A stretch of 63,990 bases of DNA, the filler included, from Craspedostauros australis (Eukaryota), in NCBI GenBank assembly GCA_030167865.1. It is 8 parts of 8 records of this genome, joined end to end, with 100 filler letters (N's around TTAATTAATTAA, not from the genome) between each part and the next. Parts side by side here need not be neighbours in the genome. Positions count along the whole stretch, not along the records: positions 50,867 to 58,393 come from JALAGF010000449.1; positions 58,494 to 61,476 come from JALAGF010000450.1; positions 61,577 to 62,634 come from JALAGF010000451.1; positions 62,735 to 63,990 come from JALAGF010000463.1; 4 more parts are not named here. The stretch is one strand, 5' to 3'. A program made the position numbers and the translations under genes. Shown one piece after another: positions 56,587 through 63,990 of the stretch. The notes under the pieces were generated by a model. The model saw nothing but the letters and a program-made list of their open reading frames with translations. It ran no database searches and was not told the DNA's origin. Position 1 is the stretch's first letter, and the number at the start of each line of letters is the position of its first letter.

Positions 56587-58393
56587 CAAAGACCAACATG
56601 ACAGAATGTGCGCCCATTTTCTTGTACGGATCGCGGGCATCTTCAAGTTTGTCCATCACGTCTGGTAGGATCCCCATCCCGTCGATTGGGAAAGACGCAT
56701 ACGGCGCACGCCCAATTTCCTTCTCCTCATTCACGGCGTGTGGGGCGTCCTCTCGAGGGGCGTCTACTGCATTCCCATTGTATGTATCTGGCAGTTTCTT
56801 GTACACCAAGCAGTACAGACCAGTCTTCCCGAAAGGAATCTTGAGGAGCTCATCGCACACTCTGTCCTTGTTTTGGCGGATCTCCTCGGAGTCGAGTTCG
56901 TAGCCATCGGCGCGGATCTTGCTTTGGATGAAGATGGTGTACAGCGCGTGATCCACCAACTCTGACTTGTCTGCATTCCACTTCGCACCGATGAATGAGA
57001 CGCTTCCATCTGCGAGATTGCTGTCACTCCCAGCCACAGTGGCAAGGGCGGGGAAGCATGATTCTGGTCCATCTCCCTTATTGTCTGCCAACTGTTGAAG
57101 ACCTTCCATCAGATCATTGTCCATGAACAGGGTCTCCACGTTCGCTGCTTCTGCTTTCGCGAGATCAAGGTCCCGCTTTTCCACGCTGGAGAGGTCGCAT
57201 GGAACATCACCATCACTTGGTGTGACCAAGATTCCCTTCAGCTTATCCAAGTCGCCTATCGTCTCAGTATCCCCGTGTTCGTCTCGCTTGTTCAACCACA
57301 TCGCGGATTTCTGAAAGTACATGCCATCCAAGGCGAGATCGCATTCGGTTGAGACAGGAATCACGTCTTTGAACGCCTCCCACGCCTCTTTGATCTCCTT
57401 GTCAACATGTTCGGCTGTGTCGTCGCCATCGTTGGTGTAACCTCTCAGGAACATCTTGAGGCTCTTTGTCAAGATGTGGTGCACGTCTTTGCGTTTCTTC
57501 TCCTCGATGGTCATGGCTGCTGAAATGGCACACCTCGCAAGCTGGGTTGACATCACCTCGAACCCAAATGAATGGGCTCCCAACAACGCATCAGTGTCCT
57601 TCGTCCATGGTCCACTGTTCGCAAGCCAGATGCACAGCAGCCGCATCACGTCCTTCATGATGAACGGTTGTGATAGTGTTTGTGTTTGGGTCCACTTGCC
57701 CGTAAACTCTGCCTGTAGCACGATCCCGTACTTGCGAACGAGACGCTGTATATTCGTTAGCCAGCGATTGCCCTCGGCAGGAACAACTGCAGTGGTCTCA
57801 TGGAACGCACTGTAGAAGTCATAGAATGAAGGGCCGTAGCTGAGCGTCATTGCCTTCGCTTGTGCCGTCGTGTCATTGGCGGGTAATTCGAAGGGCTCTG
57901 GATAGAGAAGCACCGCAAAGGCTTGCGATATTGCAGCCATCCGGTCCTTTGCTGCATAGATACCAAGTATGCGGAGTTCATCATCTTGTATTCCTTTATG
58001 GTAGCTCCACAGCGAGTCCATTCCATTCGAATTGATGAACCCCTCGAAAACCGAATACATCAGTCGGATCTCATCATCTGGATCGTTGTACCGGAGCGGT
58101 AAATGAAACATATCACCGATCAAGATAGAAACCATCCGTGCATTGCCCTGGGCGATGATTCCCAGGAATGTCCGCGTCTTCAGATCCTCGAATGTCGCGA
58201 TGTTCTTGTATCCAGCACTGCTCTCCTTATACTCAGATCTGAGTGTCTCGTACAGCTCGCTGGTGACTGTGTTGCCGCTGGGTTTGAGGCACTTGTAGTG
58301 TGCTTGTTTGGATCCAATTGTGCCCCCATACGCACCTGTGCCGGCGACAGAGAACACAACACGGATGGGTCGGTCCGTTTTGAACTTCTCGTC
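56528..58393 (-). CDS. Hypothetical protein >620 aa, 5'-partial; possibly the C-terminal part of an NTPase-containing protein
   Basis: Frame is open from the contig end (DEKFKTDRPIRVVFSVAGTG...AQGNARM); globular composition; ends in poly-Asn. Confidence 0.6.
56543..56585. repeat. (GTT)n microsatellite, ~14 units, encoding poly-Asn
   Basis: Directly visible. Confidence 0.95.
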
Positions 58394-58493
58394 NNNNNNN
58401 NNNNNNNNNNNNNNNNNNNNNNNNNNNNNNNNNNNNNTTAATTAATTAANNNNNNNNNNNNNNNNNNNNNNNNNNNNNNNNNNNNNNNNNNNN

Positions 58494-60809
58494 GAAACAA
58501 CACGCGTTATCGCTCTGTAGGATGATTTCAGTCACGGATGGGAGAATGTCTTTGACCTTTTTTTGCACAATGTCAAGCAGTCCACCAACTTGAAGTGTGT
58601 CTTGCGTCGGTCTTCCATCGACCACAATGTCAATGAACCGATAAGTAAAAATGTCATTGCGACACGTGATGACCATCGCCCCAAGCAGTGACATTCCCTT
58701 CTTCCCCCAATATTCTTGTTGGGCTTCGCCTTGGCCTGTCGGTAGAATTTTTTGCTTATGGTCGAGTACCACATAGGCTCTTTCAGGCTTATTGTTGATC
58801 TGGGATTGATAAAAGTCGATCTGTCTGAATTGAACTTTTGCACGCACTTTGTGAGCCATATAATTGATAATTTCGTTTGCGAACCCTGGTGCGGCGTCAA
58901 GCATTGTTTGCAATTCGTCTTTGTGTTCCGTGAGTTCGTTGTCCTTAAGCATTTCGACGAATGGGACAAAACGATCATCCACAAATCGCATTGCTGATCC
59001 ACAACGGTTGCATACTTTACACGGTTGGTCATTTGCGGCAGTTACAGGAATGTCATTTGTGGCCGGCGGAGTGACAATTGTGACAGTGGTCTTCTTCTTC
59101 TTGCACTTGTGCTTGTTGGTGCGTGGTTTGCGTTGGTTGGTTGATGTGGCGGATGGCTTCCTCTTCTTCTTGTCTTTTTCGGTGGTGAGGGCGAACGCGG
59201 CCGAATGCATCGGGTCATCACACAGAAGCTGCATGTGCGACGCAGTGAATTCCCATTTCACAAAGATCACAAGTAATTCGAGCGCATGCAAGAGGGATTC
59301 TGTTTCGCGGATGTGCTGTGCAACGATGTCATCGGGGTCGTTTTCAACGTTTGATGCAGGATACTTAGTCTTCAAAAGGACGGCGATGCGGGAGACTGCG
59401 CGGTTCAGTGTCTCCATCGCCATCCAAAAATGACTGTCGAAAGAAGATAACCCTGTCTTGATCTTGCTCTTGCGTGTGAGTATGTTGGTGATGTCAGTGA
59501 ACGCAGGCATTCCGACGGGGTTATTGGTCGTGCCCGAATACATGCCGAATAATTCTGTGATCGTAGTTCCGCCACGATCGAACACAGGGACATTCTCAAA
59601 CTCCAACCCAGCCCACCGCACCGTGTGACACAAGCCAGGTTTGTACGTTGTCGTGGTGATGAGAAAGGAGACGACGCCAGAAAGAGCGCATGCACTCACT
59701 CGATACTGAAGAACTCTGTCCGGCAGCATCTCCCCTTCGCACAACATGCCGTAGTAGCACCGCAATGTAGTGAGTTGGCTGCGCGTCATGAATTTGCGTT
59801 TCGGTTTGACACGTCCCCGCTGTTCCTCGGACAATCCCTCCAAGTGGTTCGACAGGAGAGCGGAGCAGTTTGACGGTGACGCAGACGCCGCGAGAACGGC
59901 TCTCGCAGCGGTGGCCAGTGTTTCGTTACCACGAAGGCAAATGGTGTAGAAGTTAGGTCCCAGTGCTACTGGTGGCAAGTCCACGTGAGCGCGGACAAAT
60001 GGCACAACCTGCTCCATCTGGCAAGTGGGTACCTCCTCTCCAGGGAGGAGAACATGCCAGAGTGCACAAGCAACCATGACCCACACCTGTTTAGTTTTAC
60101 TCCAAGTTTGCCTGTCGTATGCGCTCCCAAGAACGAATCCTTTCTTTGGCATCAGCTTCAAAACGTCAGGGTCGCTGTTAGAGTTAAGCGCATCCATGAC
60201 AGCAACTACTGCATCGTGGCGCCACTCCTCTGCATGCTTTTTGCCTGACTTCGAGCGACCGTCCTTGCGCTTCTTGTTGGTTCGCGTCTTCCTGCGATTG
60301 CGTCCGTCCACGTAGTCCTCGTCACTGTCACCATCGCAATCAGCCTCCAATGCAACCGGCCGAGGGCGCAGGGGAGATCTGCCAGGGCTGGGTGGGTTGG
60401 TGAGAGGCGCGTCAGGAGGCGGCACGTTCACGGTAACGTTAACCACTGTTGCATTACTGACACCTCGTCCCTCCGAATGCACCTCAACATGTGAGTCGTC
60501 GATGATGCCTCCCTTATCGTCTACGATGTGTACGTAGACGTGGAGCTCATGAGCATGTGCATCCGCATCGTTTGGGACAAGGCCGCTGTCAGCTGCCTGC
60601 ATGGGCTTCACACCAACAACTTGCTTGATGGTGATCGGCTTGCGCAACACAGTAGATGGCTTGTCAGGCAACAACTGCTCCGTGACAGGAAGCAGATTCC
60701 CCTTGGAGTCGAAAGGAGGAGCAGACGCAAGTCGAGCGGAACGAGGTTTCTTACTTGGCGAGGGGTTTCCATCCTTGGAAAGGGCTTTGGCGGCGGAGGA
60801 GAGGAGCAT
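58494..60809 (-). mobile_element. DDE transposase-like ORF, Sola3-like, 3'-partial
   Basis: VVLDHKQKILP...EAQQEYWGKKGMSLLG...QDT..V...IILQSDNACCF matches the D..K.LP..E.Q..(W/F)GK.G.S...QD...SDNA.C pattern I recall for Sola3-type transposases; preceded by CxxC. Probable start 60809. Confidence 0.6.
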
Positions 60810-62734
60810 GATGTTGGTGACGGTGGAGTAGAGATGTTGGTGTGGTTGGGTGGATGGCATGCACGAGTTTGGGGGAAAGTGACCCGACAAGATGATGCAG
60901 TGACAGGCACACAAGGGTGCAACAACGACAACTTCCATAGCTGGTAACAGCAGCACTACTCATACCGTTTGTACAATGGCCGTGCGTGCAGAACAATACT
61001 ACGACTACACATAACATGACCTGAGCAGACACTGAATCGGCGCCAAAACGTGACGATGGATTTTGTGGGCAGATGATGACTGTGTGATGTGTTGTCATCT
61101 TTGTGATGTGTTCAGTTTGTGGAGGCTCAAAACGCCGATTGTTGTTACCAGTGCTAACGCGGGATTAACGCGTTCCAAACGACCGAGTTGGGATGACACA
61201 CCCGAAACACTAGCGTGAATAGACACCTCCGGGATTTCGCACAGAACATCATAGAACATTCCAAAATCAAGGCGCCGTATCGTTGACTTAGACTCGTGGG
61301 ACCACAAATCAATGAATGGTCGATAAAACTTAAAATATACTCTTTAACCACCTGGACTTTATTTTTACTTTATAACGCGATGGTAAAGATTTTGAATATG
61401 TGGTCGTTTTGTTGTATATCCATAAAAAGTTGACATGCCTTATTCCGGACTGCAGGTCGACTCACTCGGGGGGGTCNNNNNNNNNNNNNNNNNNNNNNNN
61501 NNNNNNNNNNNNNNNNNNNNTTAATTAATTAANNNNNNNNNNNNNNNNNNNNNNNNNNNNNNNNNNNNNNNNNNNNGGCCATCCCACGCCACTTATGGGC
61601 GTGACATGACCTGTCCTGAACGGACAATCGGGTCAAACCGTTGGATGAACCTTGTTCCCCAAATTGATCGGAAGAGAGTGAACAACAAACTCTCTCTCCG
61701 ACCGTCACGAAATTGATGTCTCCTCTTGGAAATGGCAACATCGACANNNNNNNNNNNNNNNNNNNNNNNNNNNNNNNNNNNNNNNNNNNNCTACTAATAG
61801 AGATGTTGCAGATCCAACTATAATGGATGCTGCACATCACATGCTCACAATCCAATTGAAAGTCTCATTTGGATTCGTACAGCTCTAAAGACTAAGACAC
61901 ACTCTTGCAATCAAACTCACCAACCTACTGCACTACCACGGATTGATCACCCTTCGGCGTTCAGTAAGTTCACCTCGTTTTCATTATCGTTTTATTAGAA
62001 TAGATGAGCAATGGGATTAGTGAGGACTTGGGAGAATCGATTCCAATCCTACCATCCTAGAATACGAACATGGTGGTAGTACGAATGGAGTGGTCCAGTC
62101 ACGTCAACCAATCGAGCTCGGGCTCGGTGCTTCAGGCAAGCTCCGCACACTCCACATGGTGATTCTCGTTCTCTGGCCCTCGCTCACTCACATTCATTGC
62201 TGCCTTGCCTTGCCTTCCTTCTCTCTTGGCATGATTCTCTCATTTTCAGAGTAAGTTGGGACGGAAGGATCCACCTCAAGAGTAGCTCGTGCGTATTCAT
62301 GAGTCTTCCTGCTTTGCTCTCTACTTCGCCCTCTACTTCGCATTCCAATAGACAGACACAAACACTTTATCGCACAAATGTTGAAGGTCGACAACAAAAG
62401 GGTACACGCAAAACTAGTGTCGCATACTCTGCTATCCCTTAATGGACCAGCCATAAAGGATCTGTCAGATCCATTATAAAGCCTCCGTGTTAAATTTCTA
62501 CGGCTTTTTCCTACCATGTCCTACGTATGAAAACTAGTTCTGTACCTGTGTCTAAACTGGATTTTAGACTGTAATGGTCAGTTCACTTTCGTCAGAGTTG
62601 ATTGTACTCTCATCATCCTTCCCATGAAATACATNNNNNNNNNNNNNNNNNNNNNNNNNNNNNNNNNNNNNNNNNNNNTTAATTAATTAANNNNNNNNNN
62701 NNNNNNNNNNNNNNNNNNNNNNNNNNNNNNNNNN

Positions 62735-63990
62735 GATGCAGATACTCTTTGACACCTGGTTGATGTGGTCAAGCAGTGGTTGGATCTTGTGATACCAGCT
62801 TCTGTTGCTGTCAACAATTGGTGTAGGAGGAGTGGGGGGCTGTGTGTGCAGGGTTTGGTTGCTGCCTGTGCATGTGGAGCAGCTCAAAGTTGCAGACCGA
62901 CTTGATGGAGAGCAGCTGCTGGCCGTTGCACTCATGAGAGATTCATATCGGCTCTGGATGAAATCGTCTTCGCTGTCACTGATATCCTCTTCTTCCGAGT
63001 CAGTGGCATTGGTTGTATCAGAAGCAACTGCATTCCTCACAGCTGAGAAGTGAATGTGGTTCCACACAACTTCATATCTTGCTCGTGTCATGTACTTTGT
63101 GAACAGGTGGGATGGTACACCAATGGACGGGGCACGCCAATAATCCTGCTTGGCTGGTGCCTTGAAGACTCCCATGTAGTAGTAGATTGCAAGGAAGAGG
63201 TAGATCTCCTTCACTGAAATGAAGCTGGCCGTTGATCCACTGTTGAAGATATGGTTGTTGGTGTGGACTTGCATGGACTTGATGAGTTGCCGTGAGAAGT
63301 AAACTTCCAGGATGGTATCAACTGATGGGTTGAAACCTCCAACTGACCGGAAGAGTGGCTTGTGGGAACTGATGGGGAGTGGTGCATAGGCAACATTGTT
63401 GTTGGCTCCATGCACAGGAATGGCTGTGCCATCCACAGCAGTTGATCCATCAGGAGCCACGGCAACACCAGTTGAAGTGGTGCAGTCTGCATCCATTGCT
63501 CCATTGTTGCTGGCCGTGCCATCATTTCTGGCTGTGCCATTGTTGCTGGCCGTGCCATCATTGCTGGCCATGCCATTGTTGCTGGCCGTGCCATCATTGC
63601 TGGCCATGCCATTGTTGCTGGCCGTGCCATCATTGCTGGCCATGCCATCATTGCTGTTGTTGGTTGCAATCGGGCCACTCCTCTCGTTTTTTCTTCCGCA
63701 CCTCAATGCAAGTTTGCGTTTGAGGCGCTCGATAATGCGACTGCTGCGCCTGTTGCTTTCGAGTATGCTTGCAGTGCTGCTGGCAGTGGTGGTACCAGCC
63801 ACACTGATGCAGGCACTGTTGCCATTGCATACTCCCTTGCTGCTTGCGATTGGTGCTCCTGCAGAACGGTCTCCCATCACTCCATTGGTAGCATGAAGGG
63901 AGTTTCTCCGATTGCTGTTGAGGAATACCACGAAGGGTTTGGCGCAATTGTAGCTTGCCGCGCCATTGGAAGAAGGCTTGGATACTTTGG
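62735..63990 (-). mobile_element. piggyBac-like transposase (DDE_Tnp_1_7 N-terminal part), partial at both ends
   Basis: YFSRQLIKSMQVHTN...KEIYLFLAIYYYMGV...DYW...MTRARYEVVWNHIHF...KIQPLLDHIN. The frame stays open beyond the window edge. Confidence 0.82.
63500..63655 (-). repeat. 18/36-bp coding tandem repeat (NNGMASNDGTAS)
   Basis: CCATTGTTGCTGGCCGTG / CCATCATTGCTGGCCATG alternate in the DNA; boundaries approximate. Confidence 0.85.

Noticed and set aside
61577..62634. Short contig that may be LTR-like
   Set aside because: No terminus, PBS, coding motif or second copy in the window to support a call.

Overview
This window is not one contiguous locus. It is eight contigs joined by artificial 100-bp linkers (N44-TTAATTAATTAA-N44), so adjacency across linkers carries no meaning. 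Most contigs look like a diatom nuclear genome, based on GT-AG introns, bipartite signal+ASAF-type plastid presequences and diatom-type gene families. Contig 1 (1-2505) is different: AT-rich, intronless and bacterial/plastid-like. On the minus strand it reads sigma70-type promoter -> colicin D tRNase-like ORF -> colicin D immunity-like ORF -> Rep_trans-like replication initiator resembling the large ORFs of diatom plastid-associated plasmids. This apparent toxin/immunity cassette on a probable diatom plasmid is the standout finding, although the toxin ORF seems to lack its catalytic N-terminal helix. Contig 2 (2606-31102) is gene-dense: truncated Nudix-like gene, Smr-UIM nuclease, a ~1195-aa plastid-targeted protein with three PyShell-like domains, mS33, UBE2S, COX11, MIF, F-box/ApaG, a 5'-nucleotidase-class C GPCR fusion and an LRR membrane protein. 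Contig 3 holds repeats, two paralogous ankyrin(-BTB) genes with hypervariable repeats and a decayed APE-RT-RNaseH non-LTR retrotransposon. Contigs 4 and 5 begin with the same LTR end and carry a vWA gene, an LTR-disrupted STAND ATPase and an unknown ORF. Contigs 6 and 8 encode Sola3-like and piggyBac-like transposases. No rRNA, tRNA or CRISPR array was recognised. All family assignments come from motif recognition by eye, not database searches.
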